Shown: positions 46,274-55,182 of the stretch, in pieces | Position numbering within the stretch: position 1 is the stretch's first letter | How the letters are laid out: every line of letters starts with the position of its first letter | IMG/VR virus record: IMGVR_UViG_3300043449_002191 | Coordinates: 93,342 to 157,341 of that record | DNA length: 64,000 nt | Origin: a virus | Reading direction: 5' to 3' (one strand) | Notes under the pieces: generated by a model | What the model was told of the DNA's origin: nothing | What the model saw: the letters and a program-made list of their open reading frames with translations, nothing else | Database searches by the model: none | Made by a program: the position numbers and the translations under genes

Positions 46274-46678
46274 ATGCTTACATTAGAGCAAATAGCCCCA
46301 CCTACAGTGTTTATTTTAAGTGCAGAATCGGATAAAAACAGTGTTGCTGAAAATTTAGCAGCTACTAAAAGACTTGAAGAAGTTTTTGTGCATAGCAATA
46401 TACCGAATAAAAAAATATTTTTGTCCTACAAAGGCAGGGAAGAACTAGGGTTTCTTGTAGTAGGTGAAGAACATGAAAAAGAAGTCCTTCATTTAGCTAT
46501 CATATTCAATCAAGATGGGTATGTAAAAAGCGGTACTTCTAGAAAATCACAGTTTGTTGGCAATGGCAAACCCTCGTTCGATTTAGGCAAACTTAAGCCT
46601 TCTTCAAAAGAAGTGGCGAGAAGTTTAACTAATTGGGTTTATTGCCCAAAATTAGATCAATACTACATTTTCGAGTAA
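46274..46678 (+). CDS. SAM lyase-like protein (T3 SAMase family)
   Basis: FILSAE..EN...L, SYKGREE.GFLV, LA..FNQD parallel T3 SAMase VLVSAF..N, GCY...EE, LAC...EQD. Confidence 0.6.
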   Translation: MLTLEQIAPPTVFILSAESDKNSVAENLAATKRLEEVFVHSNIPNKKIFLSYKGREELGFLVVGEEHEKEVLHLAIIFNQDGYVKSGTSRKSQFVGNGKPSFDLGKLKPSSKEVARSLTNWVYCPKLDQYYIFE

Positions 46679-46681
46679 AAT

Positions 46682-46879
46682 ATGAAAGAATATCTTAAAG
46701 AAAAGAAAAACGTGATTATAGGAGTGGCACTAATAGTGGTGCCATTCAGCAGCATAGCCTACGGAGCTTTTTTAATTTATAAAGGGGTAAAAAAATGGAA
46801 AAATGGCAAACATACAGAATCAAAGGGACAGAGCTTGAAATCCGAGACTTTGGACCAGAATTTGACGGAAAACCAGTAG
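46682..46879 (+). CDS. small membrane protein
   Basis: Hydrophobic hairpin IIGVALIVVPFSSIAYGAFLI. Confidence 0.5.
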   Translation: MKEYLKEKKNVIIGVALIVVPFSSIAYGAFLIYKGVKKWKNGKHTESKGQSLKSETLDQNLTENQ

Positions 46880-47172
46880 AACTGTTTCTTCCTGGGAATG
46901 AAAAAAGCGCATTAGATGACCTCCAAGATACATTCAGTTTTCTTTTAAAAGAAAAAATAGAAGACTATGGAAATATTTTAGATGAAAGCGACATGATCAT
47001 TTTGATGGCTGAGCTTAAGATTGAATTGGCAAAAGCTGCTGTTGTGCCTATGCAGTCTTTACCTAAAATCTATTTTCACGAATTATCGGGTAAATTTTAC
47101 GCTTTAACGGGTGAAATGATGTTTTTTGTGCCTAAATTATTAAAAAATGCTAAATCGACCGTATCACATTGA
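46795..47172 (+). CDS. hypothetical protein
   Basis: 125 aa ORF. Confidence 0.55.
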   Translation: MEKWQTYRIKGTELEIRDFGPEFDGKPVELFLPGNEKSALDDLQDTFSFLLKEKIEDYGNILDESDMIILMAELKIELAKAAVVPMQSLPKIYFHELSGKFYALTGEMMFFVPKLLKNAKSTVSH

Positions 47173-47200
47173 TAATTTAAAAAATTGTACAAAAACACTA

Positions 47201-47229
47201 TTGACAAAGATTTGTGTTTTATGTATTCT
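47201..47229 (+). promoter_or_regulatory. sigma70 early promoter
   Basis: TTGACA-N17-TATTCT. Confidence 0.8.
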
Positions 47230-47271
47230 AAGTAAGTAAGCAATAAAGCTTATACAAAAAGGAGAAGTTTT

Positions 47272-48231
47272 ATGGCTCATGAAATTCAAGAAAAAGACAA
47301 TATGATTTATGTAGGTGAGCGCCCTTGGCATGGTATTGGAACACCCTTTATTGTTCCTCCTACCTTGGATGACGCTATTGTTGCAGCTAAATTAAACTGG
47401 ACTGTTAAAACAGCCCCCCTATTTACTGCTGCTAACGAAAAAGTAGAAGCATTGGTAACTCGCCGTAGCGACGATAATGCTATTCTTGGTGTAGTTGGAC
47501 CTAACTATCATCCTCTTCAGAATTCTGATGCATTTAAGTTTTTTGAGCCTTTTATCGACTCTAAAGAAGCTTTCATCGAAACTGCAGGTAGCCTTAATAA
47601 CGGCAAGCGAGTATGGGTTCTTTGCAAAATTAACCGTGACCCCTTGGTTATTAAAGGTGATGATACTGTAGAAAAGTTTATCATGCTTTCTAACTCTCAT
47701 GATGGTACAATGGCAGTACGAGTAGGCTTTACTCCTATTCGAGTGGTTTGCAATAACACCTTAACTGCTGCTCATAACTCACAAGCTTCATCGCTTCTCC
47801 GAGTTAAACACACTAAGTCTGTTAATCAAAACCTTGAAAAAGTTCGTGAAATCATGAACTTGGCTAATCAACAATTTGAAGCTTCTGCAGAACAGTACCG
47901 AGTTTTGGCTTCTAGAGAGATTAACTCTAAAGACTTGGAAAAGTACGTTAAGCTTGTTTTTAATCAGAAAGCAACAGAAGAAAAGTCTTTAGAAGAGATC
48001 AATTCACGGGTACTAAACAAAATCATCCCTCTCTTTGAAAAAGGTCGAGGTAATGATATGGCTGAGATCAAAGGCACTTACTGGGCTGCTTATAATGCAG
48101 TAACTGAGTACCTTCAATATGAAAGAGGTGACTCTAACGAATCACGCTTTGACAGTGTGTGGTTTGGCTCAGGGGCTCAGATCTCTAAAAAAGCACTAGA
48201 GGTAGGTCTAGTAATGGCAAATGTTGCCTAA
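47272..48231 (+). CDS. DUF932-family phage/plasmid protein
   Basis: PWHGIG, ETAGSL..GK, NSHDG, TPIRVVCNNTL, WAAYNAVTE. Confidence 0.85.
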   Translation: MAHEIQEKDNMIYVGERPWHGIGTPFIVPPTLDDAIVAAKLNWTVKTAPLFTAANEKVEALVTRRSDDNAILGVVGPNYHPLQNSDAFKFFEPFIDSKEAFIETAGSLNNGKRVWVLCKINRDPLVIKGDDTVEKFIMLSNSHDGTMAVRVGFTPIRVVCNNTLTAAHNSQASSLLRVKHTKSVNQNLEKVREIMNLANQQFEASAEQYRVLASREINSKDLEKYVKLVFNQKATEEKSLEEINSRVLNKIIPLFEKGRGNDMAEIKGTYWAAYNAVTEYLQYERGDSNESRFDSVWFGSGAQISKKALEVGLVMANVA

Positions 48232-48235
48232 AATC

Positions 48236-48257
48236 AAGGGGCTCTTCGGAGCCCTTT
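48236..48257 (+). terminator. intrinsic terminator with UUCG tetraloop
   Basis: AAGGGGCTC-TTCG-GAGCCCTTT. Confidence 0.8.
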
Positions 48258-48261
48258 CCAT

Positions 48262-48275
48262 TTTTGGGGTATAAT
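48262..48275 (+). promoter_or_regulatory. -10-only promoter TTTTGGGGTATAAT
   Basis: Same TTTTGnGGTATAAT pattern as 19219-19232(-) and 26113-26126(+). Confidence 0.55.
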
Positions 48276-48293
48276 GATTTTAAGGGATAAGCT

Positions 48294-48905
48294 ATGAAAA
48301 AAATGCAAAGAGACGATATAGATAAATTTTTTGATTACGAGATTTATTTACCCACCAGGACTTTGTATATGGGTTCGGCGTCTTATGACGAAGAAAATGG
48401 CGAATCTGGCACTGATGGTGCTATGGCCGAAAGAATTATCAAAGGGCTTCACATTTTAGACTCTTCCGCACCTTCAAATGATCAACCTATTACTATTATA
48501 ATGAACAATCCAGGTGGTGATGAATATCATGGGATGGCTATTTACGATGCAATAAAGTCTTGTAAAAATCATGTTACAATCAAAGTTATCGGTCATGCCA
48601 TGTCTATGGGCTCTATTATTTTACAAGCTGCAGACCATAGGGTTATGTCTCCTAATTCACGAATGATGATTCACTACGGAACTAAGAGTATTCAAGATCA
48701 CGCTAAAAACTTCTACAAATGGACGGACGAAGGTAAGAAATTTGACTCCTGGATGGAGCATCTATTTTTAGAAAAAATCAGAGAAAAGAATCCGCATTTT
48801 ACTTTAGCTAAAGTAAAACATATGTGCAATTTTGACACCTTTCTATCGGCAACAGAGGCTATTCAGTTGGGGCTTGCTGATAAAATATTAGGAGAAGATG
48901 AATGA
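48294..48905 (+). CDS. clpP: ClpP protease proteolytic subunit
   Basis: NNPGG, AMSMG, MMIH, DTFLSATEAIQLGLAD. Confidence 0.9.
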   Translation: MKKMQRDDIDKFFDYEIYLPTRTLYMGSASYDEENGESGTDGAMAERIIKGLHILDSSAPSNDQPITIIMNNPGGDEYHGMAIYDAIKSCKNHVTIKVIGHAMSMGSIILQAADHRVMSPNSRMMIHYGTKSIQDHAKNFYKWTDEGKKFDSWMEHLFLEKIREKNPHFTLAKVKHMCNFDTFLSATEAIQLGLADKILGEDE

Positions 48906-49171
48906 AATTTAATAAAGGGTTTTTTACAGTTTTAAAATGGACAAATTTAGTATTTATGATTTTATCAGCCGTGCAAATGTTTACAGTTAAAGACACTAAA
49001 GAAGCTCCTGTGTTTGGCTTTATATTACATTTTTTTGCACTATACGTTTCCCTGGGAGCTATAGAAAAGATTGAAGAACAAGAACGTATGGATACAATTA
49101 AAAGCATGATTGAAGCCGGAAAGATTAAACAAGTAGAAGATTTAGATAAAAAGGAAGAGGAAAGTGAATAG
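48902..49171 (+). CDS. small two-TM membrane protein
   Basis: Two hydrophobic segments and a charged tail. Confidence 0.55.
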   Translation: MKFNKGFFTVLKWTNLVFMILSAVQMFTVKDTKEAPVFGFILHFFALYVSLGAIEKIEEQERMDTIKSMIEAGKIKQVEDLDKKEEESE

Positions 49172-49469
49172 AGTAGTCTCCTTTAAGGCAAATATAAACC
49201 CTAGCCTGGATATACCAGCTAATCAGTCTCATCCAATCTACGATGAGTACGGGTCATTAGTTGGAGCCTTCAATATCAAAGAAGAAGGCGCAGTGATTGG
49301 GTTTTTGTCTACAAAAGGGTACGAGCTATCATTAGAAATATCTCTAGGCGAACCCTTTTACATTACATTAAATCCTGGGGACGATGGAAAAATAGAAAAA
49401 GGTCTAGTAACTAGAAATAAAATTGGTATTAATTCAGCAAAAATCTCTAAAATTGAGGAGTCGTTATGA
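49164..49469 (+). CDS. hypothetical protein
   Basis: GTG start, coupled ORF. Confidence 0.5.
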   Translation: MNRVVSFKANINPSLDIPANQSHPIYDEYGSLVGAFNIKEEGAVIGFLSTKGYELSLEISLGEPFYITLNPGDDGKIEKGLVTRNKIGINSAKISKIEESL

Positions 49470-50233
49470 GTAAAGTTGAACAAAGATTTGGTATGTTGCA
49501 CGGATTTCCTGAATTTGGAGGTAACTGTATTTGGGTTACAGATTTTGATCAAAGTGCCACCCTGAGATTTTTTGAGCAATTTCTTGAACTGGAAAAAAAT
49601 CCAGCCGTTAAAATCATCCCCGTCTTCATCAGCAGCTACGGTGGAGAAGTTTACTCTCTTTTAGCTATGCGTGACTTGATGAAAAGTTCAAGCAAACCAG
49701 TGGCCACTATTGCTGTCGGTATGGCCATGTCCTGTGGAGCTTCACTACTTGCCGCTGGGACTAAAGGCTTGAGATTTGCTGCAACTAGTACTGATATCAT
49801 GGTCCATCAAGTAAGCGCAATGACTGCAGGTAAAACATCAGATGTGATTGAAGGAGCCATGGCTATTGCTAGACTTAACGACCAATGGCTTAATCTATTT
49901 GCTAAAGATACTGGCCGCCCCATCCATAAGATTAAAAAAGCTATTACTGATCGCCATAATACTGATTGGATTATGTCTCCTGAAGAAGCAAAGCACTGGG
50001 GGATTGTAGATGAGATTGGCCTCCCAAGACTTATGAGCTATGAGCCAGAAGTGGTCCTAGCTAAACCGTTATCCTTTGACTCTAAAAAAGCTTCTAAAGC
50101 CAGAAAAAGACCTAAAAAAGAGGAGCCTAAGCCTAAAAAGGACGAAGCCAAGACTAAAGTCAAGAAAGATGAGCCTAAATCTAAAAAGGACGAAGCCAAG
50201 ACTAAAGTCAAAAGCAAGAAAAAAAACACCTAA
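49466..50233 (+). CDS. clpP: ClpP protease subunit with Lys-rich repeat tail
   Basis: SSYGG, AMSCG, IMVHQ, DWIMSPEEAKHWGIVD. Confidence 0.88.
   Translation: MSKVEQRFGMLHGFPEFGGNCIWVTDFDQSATLRFFEQFLELEKNPAVKIIPVFISSYGGEVYSLLAMRDLMKSSSKPVATIAVGMAMSCGASLLAAGTKGLRFAATSTDIMVHQVSAMTAGKTSDVIEGAMAIARLNDQWLNLFAKDTGRPIHKIKKAITDRHNTDWIMSPEEAKHWGIVDEIGLPRLMSYEPEVVLAKPLSFDSKKASKARKRPKKEEPKPKKDEAKTKVKKDEPKSKKDEAKTKVKSKKKNT
50123..50211 (+). repeat. 48-bp-period in-frame tandem duplication (EPKxKKDEAKTKVK)
   Basis: Units start at 50123 and 50171. Confidence 0.85.
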
Positions 50234-50236
50234 AAC

Positions 50237-50246
50237 CCTAATCTTA
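50237..50246 (+). promoter_or_regulatory. CCTAATCTTA candidate late promoter
   Basis: Exact motif where structural genes resume. Confidence 0.8.
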
Positions 50247-50266
50247 ATTAAGAAGAGAGGGTTCAA

Positions 50267-50680
50267 ATGAAGATAGTTTACAGGCTTTTAGAGCAAGTTT
50301 TAAATGTGAATTCCTTTTATGATGTTGATCGCTATGAGGTTATTCAAGGCAATCAAGAGACTGTTTATTTTAGGCTAAAAGTCCAAAAAGAAACTACTCA
50401 GGATAATAAACTCCAAGATATGCGCTATATCCCAGCCGCTGGGTCTACTGTAGAAGTTACTCTAAGACATATTGATACCAATAAAACTGTTACACGAATT
50501 GCTACTATGGCTTTTCCTAGTGATGACAGATCTGTATGGAAATTTGACATCTTAGCGACTGATCGCTTTGCGTTTGACAGCATGGAAGTTAAACTAACTG
50601 AAAACGGTGTAACAAAACGAGTTGTTGGAAATTCATTTCTAGTTTCTACTCCTGCAAGTGGAAGCGACAACTACTGTTAG
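50267..50680 (+). CDS. putative Ig-like virion protein
   Basis: Beta-rich 137 aa ORF after the late motif. Confidence 0.45.
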   Translation: MKIVYRLLEQVLNVNSFYDVDRYEVIQGNQETVYFRLKVQKETTQDNKLQDMRYIPAAGSTVEVTLRHIDTNKTVTRIATMAFPSDDRSVWKFDILATDRFAFDSMEVKLTENGVTKRVVGNSFLVSTPASGSDNYC

Positions 50681-50688
50681 GAGCAGAA

Positions 50689-51567
50689 ATGTCTAAAGAT
50701 CTTAAAAACGCAAAAAAAGCTCCAGGATCTATATACCCAGAATCGGCTATAGATGCTGTAGGATTAAAAAGAGTAGAAAGTTTAATTACTGCTGAGAGGG
50801 TCATCTCAAGATTTTTAGGCGGTATTGCCCTTGTGTACCCCACTACAAAACAAAAGATTACTCCAGATGATATCAATGATGCAATTAATCGTGCTGCTAA
50901 CTTAATAGAAGCAGAGTCTCAAGTAGACGTACAGCCAGTTGTTAGAAGAGTCAGGCTCCCATTTGACCCATATCTTTATCAGTCTAATATCTGGGTTGAA
51001 GTGCCGTATAAGCCAGTTCAAAAGGTCATAAGACTCGCTATCTGCTCAGCTTCCTATCAAGATACATCTGAAGAAAACCAAGCATCTCAGTATCCATCAG
51101 GCGGTGAAATCTATAAGATCCCGAATGAGTGGGTAGACTTATCATATGCTGCTAAAGGTAAAATCTTTGTTAACCCAATTAACCCAGCCTTTACAGCTCT
51201 TGGAACTGGTACAGCCGTATCTGGACAAGCCGGAGCTATTTTACAATTTATTGGTCAGACTGGATGGACACCTGCCTATTGGACAGCAGAAGTTATTACA
51301 GGTTTTTGTACAGAAGATGGAAACGTGCCAGTGATAATCAACGAAATGCTAGGCATGAAAGCCGCTATGTTAATTATTGACAACTTAATTCCATCCTACA
51401 AAATCGCATCCCAGTCTTTAGGGATCGATGGCTTATCTCAATCAGTAAGCGACCTTACTTACCAATTATTGCAACAAAAACGTCAACAACTGGATGCTGA
51501 TCTAGCCAAGCTCATAAAACGAATTAAAATGATGTCTGGCAACACAATGTTCGTTTCTAACGTATAA
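50689..51567 (+). CDS. putative head-tail adaptor/neck protein
   Basis: Position; helical N-terminus, beta insertion, SQSLGIDGLSQSVS, C-terminal helix. Confidence 0.6.
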   Translation: MSKDLKNAKKAPGSIYPESAIDAVGLKRVESLITAERVISRFLGGIALVYPTTKQKITPDDINDAINRAANLIEAESQVDVQPVVRRVRLPFDPYLYQSNIWVEVPYKPVQKVIRLAICSASYQDTSEENQASQYPSGGEIYKIPNEWVDLSYAAKGKIFVNPINPAFTALGTGTAVSGQAGAILQFIGQTGWTPAYWTAEVITGFCTEDGNVPVIINEMLGMKAAMLIIDNLIPSYKIASQSLGIDGLSQSVSDLTYQLLQQKRQQLDADLAKLIKRIKMMSGNTMFVSNV

Positions 51568-51575
51568 GGACGACA

Positions 51576-54158
51576 ATGAAGCTAAAGGATTGGCTCTCTA
51601 AAAGAACAGAAAGCATTAATCCAGTCGAAAAGACTGTTTCATATATTCCTTTATTAAATTCGCTGGAAAAAAGTTTTGGTGACGAAATTTATCCAGTAAT
51701 TACAAAACATATCAGCAAAGATCTTACCACCAAAGAGGCTAAAAAACTTGCTTTAGACCTATTAAATAAGTCTTTTAATTCTTTAGTAAAAACAGAATGG
51801 ATTGAAAGCTATAAGTCGCAGTTCCAAAAAGATTATGCCGAAAAAAGTCTACAAAAAGATGTGGCTCTACTTATAAAAGGCTTCAGTATATCTTCTAGTG
51901 ACATGGAAAATCTAATCCTTTTTGACGGATTAAATAAAAGTATGGCCGAAGCTCCTCCTAAGTATGTGGGTGAGCGTCATTCTTATAAACCGTATATTGG
52001 CAAAATACATTCTGATGGTAAACTATCCTGGTATTATAACGACAATCAGTCTAAAATTAATGATACTGAAATTGCTACAGGTTTTCAAAATTGGCTAGAA
52101 AGAAATCATTCATCAGAAAATCACCCAATTATTAGACAATTTTTTAAACAAGCAATGTCATCAGACACAAGACACGCAGTTCCTGCCAGAGACAAAAGTC
52201 CTGGACCAAATATGGTTAGAGCTAGGCATCTTAAAGCTATAATGCAAAATAAAGATGTAATGAATTTTAATGTAAGCCCTCATAAAATATCTATAGCACT
52301 TAAGCGTCACATTCAAGGTGAGCCTATTCATGAGTGGGAATTTACACCTAAAGGCGGCATCAAAGATATTCAGCATCAAAGATCTGGCCAAATGGCAAAA
52401 TCAGAAGACTTAGAAAAAGGTTTACATGGCGATTGGAAAAAAGAGGGATATAAGATTGTCGCTAATTATAACGAAGATGAAAAACAAAACAAAGCGGGAC
52501 TTGCAAACGCATACACAACAAAAGTGTTTGATAAAAACAATAATCACGTTGGCGAAGCTAGCTTTGTCTTACACCCCAATGGGGACGAAGTAAGCGTAAG
52601 CTCTTATGTACATCCAGACCACCAAAGAAAAGGTATTGCCACAGCTATGTATCAAATGGCAGAAAAATATTTTAATTTACCTATAAAAGCCGAAACCCAA
52701 ACCTCTTCAGCCAAAGCTCTTTGGTCCCAGCCTAACCGATCTTTCGGTAAATCAGAAGAGCTTAACAAAGCCGTAGATAATAAAGACTGGTCTAAAATCG
52801 CTAATAAGCATTTTGAAGATGGCGCATTAACAGTTAATCATAAAGGTCATATAGAACAATCTTCCGTTGACCCATCATATAATCACTTACTTTCTGCCCC
52901 ACAAAAATTTAAAGGACATAAGCTTAGTGGTGGTGGAATCTCAGCTAAAATGGTTCATCATATGAATGGTTACTACGATGAAGGCGGAGACTTTGTTTCT
53001 ACACCGCAAAAAACAAATACTTTTATGACAAAGCCATATCATAGAATCCCAGAAAGTCACACAAAATCATGGGTAGATAAGCCTATTTTAGGTTGGGCTA
53101 CAATGACCACAAAGAATTTATTCAATGCAGGCGGCATAGGGCATTTAGCAGAAGACGTGCATACACATGAACATGAAGGTGTGCCTGTAACAGTTCACAA
53201 GTTTGCTAAAGGCTATTCTCCAGTAGCTACTGATGAAACTCTACATAAAAAACAAATTAATCCAGATGACCTACAAAAAATTGCTATTATGGATTACCTG
53301 ACTGGCAATAACGACAGGCATAGCGGAAACATCCTTACATCAAATCATCAGGATGATGAAGGCTATCATAAACCGCTTGCAATTGATCACGAAAGAAACT
53401 TTCAATATAAGAAAAAGCTAAACAGTTTGGGTGGGAAATATCGCCCTATAGATGAAAGTGAAACTCCTCAAGCATTTATGCAGCGCCCTGGAATGAATCA
53501 TGTTAAACATCAAGCTAGATGGTTTTCTCATGAAGAGCCTGTCAATTGGTGGGGCCAAAATAAGCATAAAATTAAGAATCAAATGGAAGCAGAACTTGCC
53601 CATATAAATGATGAAGGCGTCAGAAATCACGTCAGAGACAATTTTAACCATAGATGGGAAAAATTAAGCAGTTGGGCTGATAATCTCAATTCGAGCCAGG
53701 ACTTTTGGAACAAAGACGACTTCCATGTACCATTTAAGGACACAAGAATTATTAAACAACAAGCACCTAAAATTACTAGCAAATTTATCACTGATCAGTT
53801 TAAAGGAGACCCAAAAGCGGCCATCAATCAAATAAGTGATATAATTAATTCAAAGGGTAAGCTTACCGCTAACCAACATCATGCTGTTAAAGCTGGCATG
53901 GATTCGGTTATCAGAAGCTTAAATCCTGAGCAGGCTAAAGACTTACTTAATCATGCTCTAGATAACCCTAAGCTCAACACTAGCGCTCTAAGGAACCATC
54001 ATTTGGACCTTAAAACTGCCCTGTTGACGGGATTGTCCGATAACAATATGACAGAGCATATGCGATCAGTGGCCGATCACATAGACTCCCTACCTGAAGA
54101 GAAGAAAGGCTCTTTACCCCAATGGTCTGAATTTTTCAGACGTAATTTGGCCAGATAA
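51576..54158 (+). CDS. polyprotein: unknown domain + GNAT acetyltransferase + HipA/PI3-4K-like kinase
   Basis: VHPDHQRKGIATAMY (acetyl-CoA motif A); DYLTGNNDRHSGNIL...AIDHE. Confidence 0.8.
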   Translation: MKLKDWLSKRTESINPVEKTVSYIPLLNSLEKSFGDEIYPVITKHISKDLTTKEAKKLALDLLNKSFNSLVKTEWIESYKSQFQKDYAEKSLQKDVALLIKGFSISSSDMENLILFDGLNKSMAEAPPKYVGERHSYKPYIGKIHSDGKLSWYYNDNQSKINDTEIATGFQNWLERNHSSENHPIIRQFFKQAMSSDTRHAVPARDKSPGPNMVRARHLKAIMQNKDVMNFNVSPHKISIALKRHIQGEPIHEWEFTPKGGIKDIQHQRSGQMAKSEDLEKGLHGDWKKEGYKIVANYNEDEKQNKAGLANAYTTKVFDKNNNHVGEASFVLHPNGDEVSVSSYVHPDHQRKGIATAMYQMAEKYFNLPIKAETQTSSAKALWSQPNRSFGKSEELNKAVDNKDWSKIANKHFEDGALTVNHKGHIEQSSVDPSYNHLLSAPQKFKGHKLSGGGISAKMVHHMNGYYDEGGDFVSTPQKTNTFMTKPYHRIPESHTKSWVDKPILGWATMTTKNLFNAGGIGHLAEDVHTHEHEGVPVTVHKFAKGYSPVATDETLHKKQINPDDLQKIAIMDYLTGNNDRHSGNILTSNHQDDEGYHKPLAIDHERNFQYKKKLNSLGGKYRPIDESETPQAFMQRPGMNHVKHQARWFSHEEPVNWWGQNKHKIKNQMEAELAHINDEGVRNHVRDNFNHRWEKLSSWADNLNSSQDFWNKDDFHVPFKDTRIIKQQAPKITSKFITDQFKGDPKAAINQISDIINSKGKLTANQHHAVKAGMDSVIRSLNPEQAKDLLNHALDNPKLNTSALRNHHLDLKTALLTGLSDNNMTEHMRSVADHIDSLPEEKKGSLPQWSEFFRRNLAR

Positions 54159-54167
54159 GGAGTTTTT

Positions 54168-55172
54168 ATGTATATATTAAAAATAGAAGACCATAACGGT
54201 AACGAAAAAACCTACAAGATAAACTCCAAAGAAGATCTGCGCCCACTTTACGATGAGTACCCAAATCTTGAAGATGTAATGATGCATTCACATTCTTTAC
54301 AAGAAGGCTTAAATAATATAGCCGATTACCTTTCAACGGGATACTCTACAGCAACTGTTGAATCAACTGAGTTGACCAAAGGTGTAAAGTCTGCATTAGC
54401 TGCACTAGGTATCGCTCTAGGAGCAGCCGTCCCTACAGCCCATCACTCCATGAGCGAAGCTGCTGTACCTAAAATGCAATCACAATTAAAACTAGATGAT
54501 TTTGGCTCTAAACCAGAAGATAAATTCCTCTGGTCAGTAATGCAGGTTGAAAGCTCAGGCGGTAAAAATCTAAAGCATCAACCAGTAAAACATGGACCCT
54601 TAAAGGGGCAAGTAGCCATGGGTCGATGGGGGCTTTTAAAGCCAACTACTGATGAAATGATTACTCGCATGGATCGAGAAGGCAAAGCCACACATGAGCT
54701 TAAGTCTATCCTCAAAATGGATAGAAATACTGCTGAAAAATACTTAAGAAAAAATCCTCACGTAGAAACTCACATAGCAAGATATATGGCTAGGTTGGTA
54801 TCTAAGCGATATAATGGAAATCTACACATGATGGCATGGGCATGGAATGCTGGTCATAATACTGATAAAAGTAAAATTACTAATTCAGTGCTTTTAAATT
54901 CTGATTATGTAAGTAAGTTTAAAAATGCCCATAAACTTAACCCATTCAGAGACCAAAGATCAATTGCCTCTGTTATGAAATCCCAAGGCACTTCTGACCT
55001 AGTTGTTAAAATAAATGAGTGGTTCCAGAAAAGGCTAGATAATGCTAATAAGCCTCTAAGGGATAGTACGTTTGTTCAAGACAAAGGTCCGGTTAGAGAT
55101 AAAGAATTAGATAAAAAACCATCTGATGATTTAATGGAAAAACTAAAACAGCAAATTAAAGGCAAGACCTAA
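54168..55172 (+). CDS. lytic transglycosylase (SLT/lysozyme-like) domain protein
   Basis: MQVESSG (catalytic Glu), AMGRWGL, AWNAGH, YV. Confidence 0.7.
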   Translation: MYILKIEDHNGNEKTYKINSKEDLRPLYDEYPNLEDVMMHSHSLQEGLNNIADYLSTGYSTATVESTELTKGVKSALAALGIALGAAVPTAHHSMSEAAVPKMQSQLKLDDFGSKPEDKFLWSVMQVESSGGKNLKHQPVKHGPLKGQVAMGRWGLLKPTTDEMITRMDREGKATHELKSILKMDRNTAEKYLRKNPHVETHIARYMARLVSKRYNGNLHMMAWAWNAGHNTDKSKITNSVLLNSDYVSKFKNAHKLNPFRDQRSIASVMKSQGTSDLVVKINEWFQKRLDNANKPLRDSTFVQDKGPVRDKELDKKPSDDLMEKLKQQIKGKT

Positions 55173-55177
55173 TCTTA
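55168..55177 (+). promoter_or_regulatory. CCTAATCTTA candidate late promoter (leaderless gene follows)
   Basis: Exact motif overlapping the upstream stop; ATG 5 nt later. Confidence 0.75.
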
Positions 55178-55182
55178 ATATT

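Noticed and set aside
48902-49171. Holin call for the two-TM protein
   Set aside because: It lies in the early island between ClpP genes with no adjacent endolysin; evidence is insufficient
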